From assembly GCA_014382705.1 (NCBI GenBank), contig JACNJE010000133.1, positions 15,964 to 79,963 of the forward strand: 64,000 nt of DNA, in the 5' to 3' direction. Below, in pieces: positions 37,461 through 47,043 of this stretch. The notes beneath the pieces are model-generated. The model ran no database searches. It saw only the letters and a program-made list of their open reading frames with translations, and had not been told where the DNA came from. Both the position numbers and the translations under genes were made by a program. Origin of the DNA: Verrucomicrobiota bacterium (lineage in GTDB: Bacteria > Verrucomicrobiota > Verrucomicrobiia > Limisphaerales > UBA1096). How positions within the stretch are numbered: position 1 is the stretch's first letter; every line of letters begins with the position of its first letter.

Positions 37461-37489
37461 GACCGGCGATCAATCGCCGGTCTTTTTTT
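37461..37489 (+). terminator. Rho-independent terminator of glnII
   Basis: Perfect 9-bp stem GACCGGCGA/TCGCCGGTC with a TCAA loop, followed by T7. Confidence 0.8.
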
Positions 37490-37842
37490 GTGGCCAAGCC
37501 CAATACAAAGCACCGAAGGTGCGGTCATGTGACAGCCCAGAGTGCTAACTCCAGGTAAAGTGCCCAACGAAAACAAGCCCCGAGAATGGGGGCAAAATAA
37601 CTTACCCGGTAGACGTCGCGAGCAGGAAATTGAGGGGTGATGACAGGAGGCGAAGGCATGGCTTCATGCCGACCCTGCCGGGGATGAAGCCGGAGGCGTG
37701 AATCACGAACCGTGCATTGCCTCAAATTCGGGCCGGCCGCTTGGCCAAGCGCCGTACCGAGAATAGACATGGTTCAGCCAACATGGCTATTCAGTCTTGT
37801 ACTGTTTTAATGGTTCTCTATTATTTAACGCACGTCAGGACT

Positions 37843-38787
37843 ATGAAACGACCACGAACAACAATCGCAGCCGTGCTTCTGGTGGTGTGTGTGGAGGCTC
37901 AAGAGTCGTCTCCTCCACCAGAAACACAATCTGCTGAACCCACTGCGTGCTCCCAAGCGCAGGATGTTAAACCCGCAAACCCAAAAGCAGACCGTGCGCT
38001 AATTGAGGCTGTGCGGAAAAGCTCCAAAAAAACGGTAAATATTAAACCGGTAAAACAGGCGATTGCTGCTGGTGCGGATTTGAATGCGAAGATGCAGGGC
38101 GGATATACTCCTTTGCATCTTGCGGCGATTTACGATCACAAGGGAATCGCCGAAATTCTAGTCGCCGAAGGTGCGGATGTGAATGCGAAGAATAAGCGGG
38201 ATATGACTCCTTTGCACCAGGCGGCTCTTTCTGGTCGCAAGGAAATCGCTGAACTGCTCATCGCCAAAGGTACGGATGTGAATGCGAAGGATGAAAACAG
38301 CCTTACCCCGCTAGATCATGCCACTCAGCGCAAAAAAGCCGAAATAGCCAACCTCCTCCGCAAACATGGCGGCAAAAGAGGCGCAGAACTATCCATTCAT
38401 GTTGCCGCAAAAGGTGACATCGAAGCCGTCAAGCAACACTTGGCTGCTGGTACTGATGTGAACGCAAAGTCTGATGATGGCGGGACTCCTTTGCTTTATG
38501 CGGCGGCTTACGGTCACAAGGAAATCGTCGAACTGCTGATTGTCGCAGGTGCTAATTTAAATTTGAAGAATGAGGATGGAAAAACATCGTTGCATTTTGC
38601 GGCATTGAACGGTCGCAAGGTAGTCGTCGAACTGCTCATCGCCAAAGGTGCGGATGTAAATGCGAAGGATGAAGATGGGGAAACGCCGCTAGACGCTACC
38701 TCTGTTTTTAACAAAACCGAAACCGCTGACCTCCTACGCAAACACGGCGGCAAGACGGGTGGAAAACCGAAAGCTGATAGGAAGTAA
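37843..38787 (+). CDS. Secreted ankyrin-repeat protein
   Basis: Signal peptide MKRPRTTIAAVLLVVCVEAQ, then about 7 ankyrin repeats (G.TPLH.AA..GHKEI.ELLI..GADVNAK). GC is much lower than the window average. Confidence 0.85.
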   Translation: MKRPRTTIAAVLLVVCVEAQESSPPPETQSAEPTACSQAQDVKPANPKADRALIEAVRKSSKKTVNIKPVKQAIAAGADLNAKMQGGYTPLHLAAIYDHKGIAEILVAEGADVNAKNKRDMTPLHQAALSGRKEIAELLIAKGTDVNAKDENSLTPLDHATQRKKAEIANLLRKHGGKRGAELSIHVAAKGDIEAVKQHLAAGTDVNAKSDDGGTPLLYAAAYGHKEIVELLIVAGANLNLKNEDGKTSLHFAALNGRKVVVELLIAKGADVNAKDEDGETPLDATSVFNKTETADLLRKHGGKTGGKPKADRK

Positions 38788-38815
38788 AACACCTCATCCT
38801 CACATTCGCCCTTGA

Positions 38816-39187
38816 TCAAGAGTGAAGGTGAAAAACCTTGTTCATTATTTTCCACTCACCATCGACCTTAAGCAATGAGAGGAAGTCTGTATACTTGTGA
38901 CCAGTCCAGTTGTCACATTCAAGCCGAGCCATAGCAATGGTTTCAAAGATATCGACGCCAACAACTCGAATCACTAATTCCTTTGCTGGGCCGTTCTGAT
39001 CATTCCAATCAAAAAGCCCTTGAATTGGGCCAGCGAACAACTCATCCCCGACATAGCCAAAAATTGTTGCACCTTCATGAAACGCCGGTTTCATATCTTC
39101 TCCACGACCTGATATTGCTCCATCAATGTAGTGCTGGATGGTCCTCTTGATCGCTTCGTCATCCTCAACCTTTTTAGATGCTTCCAT
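38816..39187 (-). CDS. NTF2/SnoaL-like (lumazine-binding-like) small protein
   Basis: A 123-aa protein with an N-terminal DDEAIKRTIQHYIDG helix and a C-terminal ..DGEWKIMNKVFH, typical of the SnoaL_3/NTF2 fold. Low GC. Confidence 0.65.
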   Translation of the reverse strand: MEASKKVEDDEAIKRTIQHYIDGAISGRGEDMKPAFHEGATIFGYVGDELFAGPIQGLFDWNDQNGPAKELVIRVVGVDIFETIAMARLECDNWTGHKYTDFLSLLKVDGEWKIMNKVFHLHS

Positions 39188-39385
39188 AGCGCAATTTTAG
39201 GTGTTTGATAAATAAGATCGACAAAAACCCACGCCAGCCATTGCCAGTGAGAGTGGAGTGCCCCCGTTTTGCCGTAGTTCTCCAGCAACGATTGGATCCG
39301 TTCGTCGCCTTGAAGCGCCTCCTGATATTTCGGGTTACCTTGAACAATCAGCCGTATGAATTGCATCGTCTTCGACGCGCGACCA

Positions 39386-39490
39386 CCGGGATGACCTGTC
39401 CCACAACCGGGATGACCTGTCCCACAACCGGGATAGCCTGTCCCGCAACCGGAAAGGCCTGTCCCGCGATCAGGATGACCTGTTCCTCGA
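39386..39490. repeat. 21-bp tandem repeat array (5 copies, progressively degenerate)
   Basis: CCGGGATGACCTGTCCCACAA occurs at 39386 and 39407 (identical). Variants follow at 39428, 39449 and 39470. On the minus strand the array reads as in-frame heptads CGTGHPG within ORF 39091..39546. Confidence 0.85.
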
Positions 39491-39639
39491 TCGGAACACC
39501 TTCTGACGCCAAGGGGATGGCCCGTGATGACGGGGGAATTGGCCATGACGCAATAGGAACGAAACCTGTCGCAGGCGTAAGGGATGATCCCTAAAGAGTA
39601 TCTTCTCCGGTGGTCGCAGGCCGAATGAGGGTGAACGCC

Positions 39640-39663
39640 CGCTTGGCCAAGCGCTTGGCCAAG
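39640..39663. repeat. Tandem double copy of the palindrome at the right edge of the low-GC islet
   Basis: CGCTTGGCCAAGCGCTTGGCCAAG lies 7 nt downstream of the LysE-family gene stop (minus strand). Confidence 0.95.
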
Positions 39664-39669
39664 TGGGCG

Positions 39670-40335
39670 TCAACTGCCCTGCCGGGCGACGGTGTCGATC
39701 AGGCGAACCGCAATCACGACCGACAGCAACAGCAGGAGTATCCCCGAGACTTGAGAAAACCGGACGAGCGTCTGGTCGGAGAAGCGGTTCCGCACCCGGG
39801 CGCTTCCAAACACAAGCAGCAGGAACCAGGCGGCAATGCCCAAGCCGGCCCCGGCGACGCACGACATCCGGCTTTGCCATGCCGGTTGCAACGTCCCGTT
39901 GGCCAGCAGCACCGCCGAGATCATGATCCAGAACAGGAGCACGTTGGGGTTGACGAGCACCCGGACGAAGCCGGTCCAGAACATGGTGTGTGGGTGCAGC
40001 CGCTGCTCGATCATCCGGGCGCGCTTGCCCTGCACGGTCACGGTATCCGTCATCAGGTAGCGAATCCCGAAGAAGGTCACCGCCAGGAAACTGACCAGTT
40101 CCACCGTCGCCCGGAGCGTGGGATCCTCGAACAGGTTGGCAAACCCGCCGAAGGCGATGACGCAATAAATCATCTCCATCAGCAGCGCCCCCACCGCGAT
40201 GATCAGCGCCCGTTTCCGGCCGGTGTGGATGCCCTCCTCCATGATGGCGACATTGATGGGGCCGACCGGCACCGCACACACGAACCCGGTCAGCACCCCG
40301 GCACCGACCGCCATGGCATAATCGGCGGGAGTCAT
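39670..40335 (-). CDS. LysE/RhtB family amino-acid efflux protein
   Basis: A 221-aa protein with about 6 TM helices and the N-terminus ..GVLTGFVCAVPVGPINVAIM typical of LysE-type translocators. Confidence 0.75.
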   Translation of the reverse strand: MTPADYAMAVGAGVLTGFVCAVPVGPINVAIMEEGIHTGRKRALIIAVGALLMEMIYCVIAFGGFANLFEDPTLRATVELVSFLAVTFFGIRYLMTDTVTVQGKRARMIEQRLHPHTMFWTGFVRVLVNPNVLLFWIMISAVLLANGTLQPAWQSRMSCVAGAGLGIAAWFLLLVFGSARVRNRFSDQTLVRFSQVSGILLLLLSVVIAVRLIDTVARQGS

Positions 40336-40353
40336 GGAAGCCGCCTCGCGGGA

Positions 40354-41220
40354 TCACTCGTCGTCAAAGTCCTCCTCAATTTCCCTCCTCAGTTTTCGCG
40401 ACAACCGTGGCCGCACAAACCCGTAAACCAGGTACGACGTGAAGATCAGCGGCAGCACGATCGGCACGAGGTATTTCCACAAAAAAACGAAACAGGCCAC
40501 CACCACCACCGCGACGACAAACTTCGTGAATGGCCGGCGCGACCGAAAATCCAGTTTTTTGAATGATGGGTACTTAACCTCGCTGACCATCATCACCGAG
40601 AGAAACACCAACACCGCCAGCAGCACCCAGCGCCAGGAGCTGGTGGGCAAATTTTTCTCCTCGAGCCAAACCAAGAACATCGTCAACGACGCCACCATCG
40701 CCGCTGAGGCCGGGATGGGGAAACCGAGGAACTCCCGGTTGTTCCCGGAGTCGGGCATCGCCGCGAGGCAGTTGTAACGAGCCAACCGCAGTGCGCCGCA
40801 CAGCAGATAGACCGACGCCACAACCAGACCAAGCCGTTCGCTCACAATGTTAAAGTCGTGCAGGATCACCCTCTGCATCAGGAACGCCGGCGCAACCCCA
40901 AACGAGATGATATCCGCCAGCGAATCGAACTGAAGCCCGAACGGGCTCTCCTTGCCAACCAATCGCGCGATCCGCCCATCCAGTCCGTCGAACACAAACG
41001 CCCCCATAATCAGCCAAAGGGCGTTCTTGATTTTCTCGATGTCCGCAGCACTGAAAACCGGCCCCGCAGACCCGGCCGGATCGGGAACCACCTGCACGAT
41101 GAACGTCAGCGCGAGGAACCCGCACAACAGGTTGCCCGCCGTCATCAGGTTGGGCAGGAAATAAATGTGCAGCCGCTCCCCGCTGGGAGGTGTGTCCGGT
41201 TGTGGTGTCTCGTTGCTCAC
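40354..41220 (-). CDS. pssA: CDP-diacylglycerol--serine O-phosphatidyltransferase
   Basis: CDP-alcohol phosphatidyltransferase motif DGLDGRIARLVGKESPFGLQFDSLADIISFG. The GTG start at 41220 overlaps the upstream stop (GTGA). The track ORF extends upstream into the neighbouring gene in another frame. Confidence 0.85.
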   Translation of the reverse strand: MSNETPQPDTPPSGERLHIYFLPNLMTAGNLLCGFLALTFIVQVVPDPAGSAGPVFSAADIEKIKNALWLIMGAFVFDGLDGRIARLVGKESPFGLQFDSLADIISFGVAPAFLMQRVILHDFNIVSERLGLVVASVYLLCGALRLARYNCLAAMPDSGNNREFLGFPIPASAAMVASLTMFLVWLEEKNLPTSSWRWVLLAVLVFLSVMMVSEVKYPSFKKLDFRSRRPFTKFVVAVVVVACFVFLWKYLVPIVLPLIFTSYLVYGFVRPRLSRKLRREIEEDFDDE

Positions 41221-42404
41221 GATGCTGCGGGTGCCCCGCTGGAATGCACCCGGTCCTTCCAGACGTAACGGAACATCAGCGTCCGCAGCGCGGCGGTCAA
41301 CGGGATGGCCAGCACTCCGCCCATGATGCCCCCCAGCAGGGTGGTTCCGACCATCACGGCGACAATGATTGTCAGCGGATGCAACCCGACCCGGTCGCCA
41401 ATGATCTTGGGCGAGATGAACAGCCCCTCCATCGCCTGCACCACCGCAAACCAAACCAAGACGAGCACCGGCATCAGCCAGCCGCCATCCGGCACGAACT
41501 GAATCATCGCCAGCACGAACGCCGGGATGATGCTCAACGCCACACCGAGATACGGAATGATGCCCAGCAGCCCGGCCATGACGCCGAGCAGGATGGCGTA
41601 ATCCAGGCCGAACATCAGGAACCCGGCGGTCAGCAGCGCCCCGACACACATTGCCACCAGCACCTGCCCCCGGAAAAACACAATCAGGCAGTCGTTGATT
41701 GATCGCAGCACAAACACGATCTCCTCCTTCACCTGCGACTCGCGCACCGGCAGGTAGTCGGTCCAGTTGCGCTTGATGCCGCGCTTCTCCAGCAGGAAGT
41801 AAAACACATACACCGGCACCAACGCCAGACCGGCCAGAAAGCCAAACAGCGACATGACCTTCTTCAACTGTTCCAGCGCCCAGGCCGATATTTTTTTCAC
41901 GGCGTCCACCGTGAACTCACGCGCCTTCTCGTTGGTCACGCCGACGTTCTTTATCCACTCCCGCGGGGCCTCGAACCAGCCCGGACTGGCCGGCGCGTTG
42001 GTGGAGGTGTTGGCCGGGCTGACAATCGAACTGACGCTTTTCTGGAACTGTTCGGCCTTCTTCGGGAACTCGGTGGAGAGCTTGCCCACCTGCGAAATCA
42101 ACGACGGCACCACCGAGGCCACCATGCCCCCCACCAGCAGCACCGCAATGCAGAACACCATGATGATCGCATTCTGGCGCTTGAAGCCGCGTTTTTTCTG
42201 GAACCAGTCCACGATCGGGTCAAGCAGGTAGGCGATGACCCCGGCAATCGCCAGCGGGATCAAGACCGAGGAGAGCGTATTGACCCCCCAGGCGATGCCC
42301 AGTGTCAGCAGGGCTGCCAGGGCCAGTAACACCCCCACCGCCAGCGCCGTCACCGAAGTCCAGAGGATCCGGGCCTGCTTCTCGGTTGGTGGGGGGTACG
42401 CCAT
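41217..42404 (-). CDS. AI-2E family transporter (PerM/UPF0118)
   Basis: A 395-aa polytopic protein with AI-2E family sequence character (..LGGIMGGVLAIPLTAALR..). Confidence 0.75.
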   Translation of the reverse strand: MAYPPPTEKQARILWTSVTALAVGVLLALAALLTLGIAWGVNTLSSVLIPLAIAGVIAYLLDPIVDWFQKKRGFKRQNAIIMVFCIAVLLVGGMVASVVPSLISQVGKLSTEFPKKAEQFQKSVSSIVSPANTSTNAPASPGWFEAPREWIKNVGVTNEKAREFTVDAVKKISAWALEQLKKVMSLFGFLAGLALVPVYVFYFLLEKRGIKRNWTDYLPVRESQVKEEIVFVLRSINDCLIVFFRGQVLVAMCVGALLTAGFLMFGLDYAILLGVMAGLLGIIPYLGVALSIIPAFVLAMIQFVPDGGWLMPVLVLVWFAVVQAMEGLFISPKIIGDRVGLHPLTIIVAVMVGTTLLGGIMGGVLAIPLTAALRTLMFRYVWKDRVHSSGAPAAS

Positions 42405-42410
42405 CGGTGC

Positions 42411-43226
42411 CTACTCCTGTCCCAGCTCGACCGCCCGCTCCGTCGACGCGCGCACGGCGTTGATGAGCGCGCTGCGCACGCCGCCCTCCTCCAGCTCGTG
42501 CACGCCCTCGATCGTCGTGCCACCCGGGCTGCAAACCATGTCCTTCAATTCGCCGGGATGCAGTCCGGTCTCAAGCACCATCCTCGCCGCGCCGAGCATC
42601 GTCTGTGCGGCCAGCTTGGTCGCGATGTCCCGGGGCAGGCCAGCTGCCACGCCGCCGTCGCTCAACGCCTCGATGATCATGTAGCCGTACGCCGGGCCGC
42701 TGCCGCTCAGGCCGGTCACGGCATCGATCAACGGCTCCTTCACCTCGTACGCCATGCCGACGGCGGAGAGCAGCCGCTCGACCAACGCACCGTCGTCCGC
42801 CGTGGCCGCTTGGCCAAGCGCATAGCCGCAGGCGCCCTCGCCGACCAGCGCCGGCGTGTTGGGCATCACGCGCACCACCCGCGCCTGGCCACCGCACGCC
42901 TCATCAAGCCTGGCCAGCCGCACGCCGGCCAAGATGGAAATCACAAGGTGGCTTTCGTCGAACTGATCGCGCACGGGCTCGGTCGCCTCGTCAAGCTGAT
43001 GCGGCTTGAACGCCAGCACAACGACCTTGGCCTTGGCCAGGACATCCGCGTTTGTATCGGTCGCCTTACAGCCAAGCGCTTGGGCAAAAGCCTCGCGCCC
43101 GGCCGGAACCGGATCACTGGCAATAAGGTTATCCGGCAGAACCAGGCCGGCGTTCACGAAGCCCCGGGCCAAGGCGGTCGCCATTCGGCCGGCACCAATG
43201 AACCCGATGGAGGGCATCTCACTCAC
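42411..43226 (-). CDS. proC: Pyrroline-5-carboxylate reductase
   Basis: N-terminal Rossmann motif IGFIGAGRMATALARG and a C-terminal ProC dimerisation region (SPGGTTIEG). Confidence 0.9.
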   Translation of the reverse strand: MSEMPSIGFIGAGRMATALARGFVNAGLVLPDNLIASDPVPAGREAFAQALGCKATDTNADVLAKAKVVVLAFKPHQLDEATEPVRDQFDESHLVISILAGVRLARLDEACGGQARVVRVMPNTPALVGEGACGYALGQAATADDGALVERLLSAVGMAYEVKEPLIDAVTGLSGSGPAYGYMIIEALSDGGVAAGLPRDIATKLAAQTMLGAARMVLETGLHPGELKDMVCSPGGTTIEGVHELEEGGVRSALINAVRASTERAVELGQE

Positions 43227-43280
43227 ACACGTTGCGTATCAAAATCCTTCCCTGTCGTAAAGCCAAATTGGCCGGACGGG

Positions 43281-43940
43281 TCAACGCCCCGGACTGGCTT
43301 TCAATTCAGCCAGTTTGTCAGCGAATCGCTTGGCCAAGCGCTCCAGTTCGGCCCAGTTTTCCCCGGCAACCAGTTCCTTTTTCAGCAGGGCCGAGCCGAC
43401 GCCCAAGGCCGCCGAGCCGGCCGCGAGAAACGCCTCCATCGTGTCGAGGTTCACCCCGCCGGTGGGGACGATTCTCAGGTGCGGCAACGGCGCGAGCAGC
43501 GACTTGATATAGCCCGGGCCGAGCGTGTCGGCCGGGAAAATCTTGACGAAGTCCGAGCCGGCCTCGTGCGCTGCCTGCGCCTCGGTCGGCGTGTAGGCGC
43601 CCAGCATCACCGGCCGATCCAGCGCGTGCGCCGCCGCGGCGAGCGACGGGCGGGTGATCGGGCTGATCACGTACCTGGCACCGGCGTCGATCGCCGCGCG
43701 GCAGGTGTCGTCGTCGGTCACCGTGCCGACGCCAAGCAGGATGTCGCCGCCCAGCTCGCGATCCACCGTGCGGATCGCCTCGAGCGCGTTGGGAATGCTC
43801 ATCGTCAGCTCCACCGCCCGGATGCCGCCCGCGACGAGCGCCTTGGCCAGCGGCAACGCCAGTTCCGGCCGGGGCACGCGCACGATCGCCACCAGCCCGT
43901 CGGCCACGATTTGTGAGGCGATTTGTTCCCGCTCGCTCAC
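43281..43940 (-). CDS. eda: KDPG/KHG aldolase
   Basis: A 219-aa class I aldolase: GGIRAVELTM, GVGTV, and Schiff-base Lys context FVKIFPA. The GTG start overlaps the upstream stop. Confidence 0.85.
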   Translation of the reverse strand: MSEREQIASQIVADGLVAIVRVPRPELALPLAKALVAGGIRAVELTMSIPNALEAIRTVDRELGGDILLGVGTVTDDDTCRAAIDAGARYVISPITRPSLAAAAHALDRPVMLGAYTPTEAQAAHEAGSDFVKIFPADTLGPGYIKSLLAPLPHLRIVPTGGVNLDTMEAFLAAGSAALGVGSALLKKELVAGENWAELERLAKRFADKLAELKASPGR

Positions 43941-44680
43941 TTGGTTTTCTTGAACCAGTTGGCCGTCTCCTTGACGTTGTGCTTCACCGACTCGAGCCGG
44001 ATCGTGAACGCCGCAAACGACGGCTCCACCAGTTCCAGCACGTGCGGGATCTTCACCCCGTCCACCGTTTTGTAGTCCCGAAACAGCACCTTGGTTTTCA
44101 CCTCCCGCCCCTGCATCTCGGCGGTGGAGAAAATCCCGGCCACCAGCCCCGTTGCCGCATCAAAGTAAAACGTGTCTGCGTCCCCCTTCTTCGGCGTCAT
44201 TTTCACGGCAAATACTTTTTTGCCGGCGACCTCTTTCATCCCCTGCAGTTCCATCTTGGGATAGTTTTTTTTGAAGTTCAGGTAGGCGTAAAAATCGGCG
44301 TCGATTTTCTTGTTGGCCCGTTCGCGCTCTTTTTTTTCGATGACGTTCCCGTCCGGTGTTTCCGTCCAGCCCTTGCGGCCGGTGAACACGTCTCGAATCG
44401 TCCCCAGCCCCTCGATGGTCAGCTCCATCATTTCCTTGTTGGGCGCTGCGTGTCGCAGGACGACCGGGATCGCCGCGCCGAACGCCGCCAACTCGATCTT
44501 CCCCCGGGCCTCCCGATTCTTGAGCTGGCGCATCGCTTTCTCGCCACCCAGCGCCTTGATGTTCCGCTCGAGAATGACCTCCACCGACGGCAGCTTGGCC
44601 GGTGGCTCGGCCTGTCCTGCGGCGACCAAAATGCTCAACGCCGCCGCCACGGCTGCGCTGCGCTTGATAGTCATTTTCAT
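43937..44680 (-). CDS. Hypothetical secreted protein (LolA-like size and composition)
   Basis: Signal peptide MKMTIKRSAAVAAALSILVAAGQA (start moved from 44836). Lys-rich beta-type body. Family uncertain. Confidence 0.55.
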   Translation of the reverse strand: MKMTIKRSAAVAAALSILVAAGQAEPPAKLPSVEVILERNIKALGGEKAMRQLKNREARGKIELAAFGAAIPVVLRHAAPNKEMMELTIEGLGTIRDVFTGRKGWTETPDGNVIEKKERERANKKIDADFYAYLNFKKNYPKMELQGMKEVAGKKVFAVKMTPKKGDADTFYFDAATGLVAGIFSTAEMQGREVKTKVLFRDYKTVDGVKIPHVLELVEPSFAAFTIRLESVKHNVKETANWFKKTK

Positions 44681-44786
44681 TTGGGCAGCGGCAGTCTGTC
44701 GCCTGGGGGGAGTTTTGGCAATGAAGTTCGCGCTTGTATGCCTACCGTAAAAAAGGTAGCAAATCCGGGCCGGGTCACGGTGCTGG

Positions 44787-45260
44787 ATGCATATCATGGA
44801 GTTGGCTGATTTTCTCACCAAGGAACAGGTTGTCACGGACTTGAAAGCCTCCGACCGCTGGGAGGCGATCGAGGAACTGATCGACCTGCTCGTCGCTAAC
44901 GGGCAAGTCGACTCCGATCACCGCGAGGCGATCGTTTCCGTCGTCAAGAAACGGGAGACCTCGATGAGCACCGGCATCGGCTTTGGCATCGGGATCCCGC
45001 ACGCCTCGACCGACCTGATTGACGATGTCACCGGCGCGTTTGGCCGCAGTCGTGGCGGCGTGAACTTCGACGCGCTCGACAACCAGCCGGTCAACCTCGT
45101 GATGCTCTTCCTCGTGCCGCAGGGCCAGTTCCAGAAACACCTCCACACGCTGGCCAAGATCGCGAAGGTGCTGCACAAGAAGGAATTTCGCAAGTCGCTC
45201 GAGGAGGCCGAGGACGCGGCCGAAATGTACCAGATCATCCGCGACGCGCAGGAGATCTGA
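44787..45260 (+). CDS. ptsN: PTS EIIA(Ntr)-type nitrogen regulatory protein
   Basis: A 157-aa PTS EIIA type-2 fold with the phosphorylatable His context TGIGFGIGIPHAS. Confidence 0.8.
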   Translation: MHIMELADFLTKEQVVTDLKASDRWEAIEELIDLLVANGQVDSDHREAIVSVVKKRETSMSTGIGFGIGIPHASTDLIDDVTGAFGRSRGGVNFDALDNQPVNLVMLFLVPQGQFQKHLHTLAKIAKVLHKKEFRKSLEEAEDAAEMYQIIRDAQEI

Positions 45261-45321
45261 GCCTCGCCTTTTTTCACTCACCCAAGCCGTCCACACTGCG
45301 CTTGGCCAAGCGATACGAATC

Positions 45322-47040
45322 GTGATCCATCTCGCCCTCCAGGAAAAACTGCAACGGGCCGTCCACGCGCTCCTGCCCGACGCCGATGTCTCGAGCGTCC
45401 TCGTCCGGCCGTGCGCCGAGCCGAAGTTCGGCGACTACCAGGCCAACGCCCTCATCGGCTTGGCCAAGCGCAACCAGCTCAACCCGCGCGAGTTCGCCGC
45501 CCAGGTCATCGAGCAACTCGACGTCGCTGACTGCTGCGAGCCGGTCACGATCGCCGGGCCGGGTTTCCTGAATTTCCGGCTCAAGACCGAGGCCCTCTCC
45601 GAGGTCCTCGTTGGCGCAGCCAAGGGGGAGCACCTTTTTTACCGCACGGCCGCCGAGCCGCGCACGATCGTCATCGACTACTCGTCGCCCAACGTGGCCA
45701 AGCCGATGCACGTCGGCCACATCCGCTCGACCATCCTCGGCTACACCTTGGCCAAGGTCTTCCGGCTGCTCGGCCACAACGTCGTCACCGACAACCACAT
45801 CGGCGACTGGGGCACGCAGTTTGGCAAACTGCTCGTCGGCTGGAAGGAACACCTCAACAAAGACGCCCTTGGCCAGGACGCCCTCGCCGAGATGGAGCGC
45901 CTGTACAAGCTCGTCAACACCGCCTGCGACGCGGATGAAGCCGTCCTCACCCATGCCCGTAACGAACTCGTAAAACTGCAGGACGGCGACGCCGAAAACC
46001 TCGCCATTTGGCGCGAAATGATCAACCTGTCGCGACACCAGTTCGATGAAATTTACGGCCGGCTCGGCGTCAAGTTCGACGAGACGCTGGGCGAGAGTTT
46101 TTACAACGACCGCCTCAAGGGCGTCGTCGACGAACTCATCACCCAAGGCATCGCCGAGGAAAGCGACGGCGCGCAGGTCGTCTTTTTCAACGACCACAAG
46201 TCGCTCAAAAAACATCCGGCCATCGTTCAAAAAAGCGACGGCGCGGCCAACTACACCACGACCGATCTCGCCACGCTCGAGCACCGGCAAAACCGTTGGC
46301 AGCCGAGCGAGGTTATTTACGTCACTGACGGCCGCCAGCAACTGCACTTCCAGCAACTCTTCGAGCTGTACACACGCTGGAAACCAAGCCACGGCATGAA
46401 GCTCAACCACGTTTGGTTTGGCACGATCCTCGGGGAGGACGGCAGGCCGTTCAAGACGCGCAGCGGCGAGATCATCCGCCTCTCCGGTCTGCTCGACGAA
46501 GCCGAGCAACGCGCCTTCGACGCTGTCAGCGAAAAAAACCCCGACCTCCCTGAAGAGCAGCGGCACACCATCGCGCGCGTCGTCGGCCTTGGCGCGATCA
46601 AGTACGCCGACCTCTCCGGCAACCGGCAGAGCGACTACGTGTTCAGTTGGGACACCATGCTCGCACTCGTCGGCAACACCGCGCCGTACCTGCTGTACGC
46701 CTACACGCGCATCCGCAGCCTCTTCCGCAAGCTCGGCGACGAGTCGCTGACACGGCCCGCGACGTTCGCGCTTGGCCAAGCGGAAGAACTTACGCTGGCC
46801 AAGCACCTGTTGCGCTTTGGCCTCGTGCTCGAGTTGGTCATCGACGAGTGCCGGCCGAACTATCTCTGCAATTACCTCTACGAACTCGCCGGTTTGTTCG
46901 GTTCGTTTTACGAGAATTGCCCTGTGCTTCAGGCCGAGGGCGACACCCGCACGCAGCGACTCGCCCTCTGCGATCTCACCGGCCAAGTGCTTAACACCGG
47001 CCTCGAGACGCTTGGCCTCGAGACCACCGACCGCATGTGA
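45322..47040 (+). CDS. argS: Arginine--tRNA ligase
   Basis: Class I HIGH-type motif ([13 protein letters not shown]), typical ArgS length, and the C-terminal anticodon-binding DALR region. GTG start. Confidence 0.92.
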   Translation: MIHLALQEKLQRAVHALLPDADVSSVLVRPCAEPKFGDYQANALIGLAKRNQLNPREFAAQVIEQLDVADCCEPVTIAGPGFLNFRLKTEALSEVLVGAAKGEHLFYRTAAEPRTIVIDYSSPNVAKPMHVGHIRSTILGYTLAKVFRLLGHNVVTDNHIGDWGTQFGKLLVGWKEHLNKDALGQDALAEMERLYKLVNTACDADEAVLTHARNELVKLQDGDAENLAIWREMINLSRHQFDEIYGRLGVKFDETLGESFYNDRLKGVVDELITQGIAEESDGAQVVFFNDHKSLKKHPAIVQKSDGAANYTTTDLATLEHRQNRWQPSEVIYVTDGRQQLHFQQLFELYTRWKPSHGMKLNHVWFGTILGEDGRPFKTRSGEIIRLSGLLDEAEQRAFDAVSEKNPDLPEEQRHTIARVVGLGAIKYADLSGNRQSDYVFSWDTMLALVGNTAPYLLYAYTRIRSLFRKLGDESLTRPATFALGQAEELTLAKHLLRFGLVLELVIDECRPNYLCNYLYELAGLFGSFYENCPVLQAEGDTRTQRLALCDLTGQVLNTGLETLGLETTDRM

Positions 47041-47043
47041 GCC

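Noticed and set aside
37519-37720. Calling a group II intron 5' fragment (GTGCGG... just after a terminator).
   Set aside because: I found no domain V-like sequence, no reverse-transcriptase ORF and no 3' AY terminus. The resemblance is limited to five nucleotides and the location.
39386-39490. The 21-bp repeats as a possible CRISPR array.
   Set aside because: The units are directly adjacent with no spacers, are shorter than CRISPR repeats, sit in frame within an ORF, and have no cas genes nearby. This is a simple tandem repeat.
37434-39669. A tRNA or tmRNA gene as the integration site of the low-GC islet.
   Set aside because: I looked for T-loop (GGTTCGAATCC-like) and acceptor-stem patterns at both borders on both strands. 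I found only a weak GGTTCGTGATTC string with no cloverleaf context.
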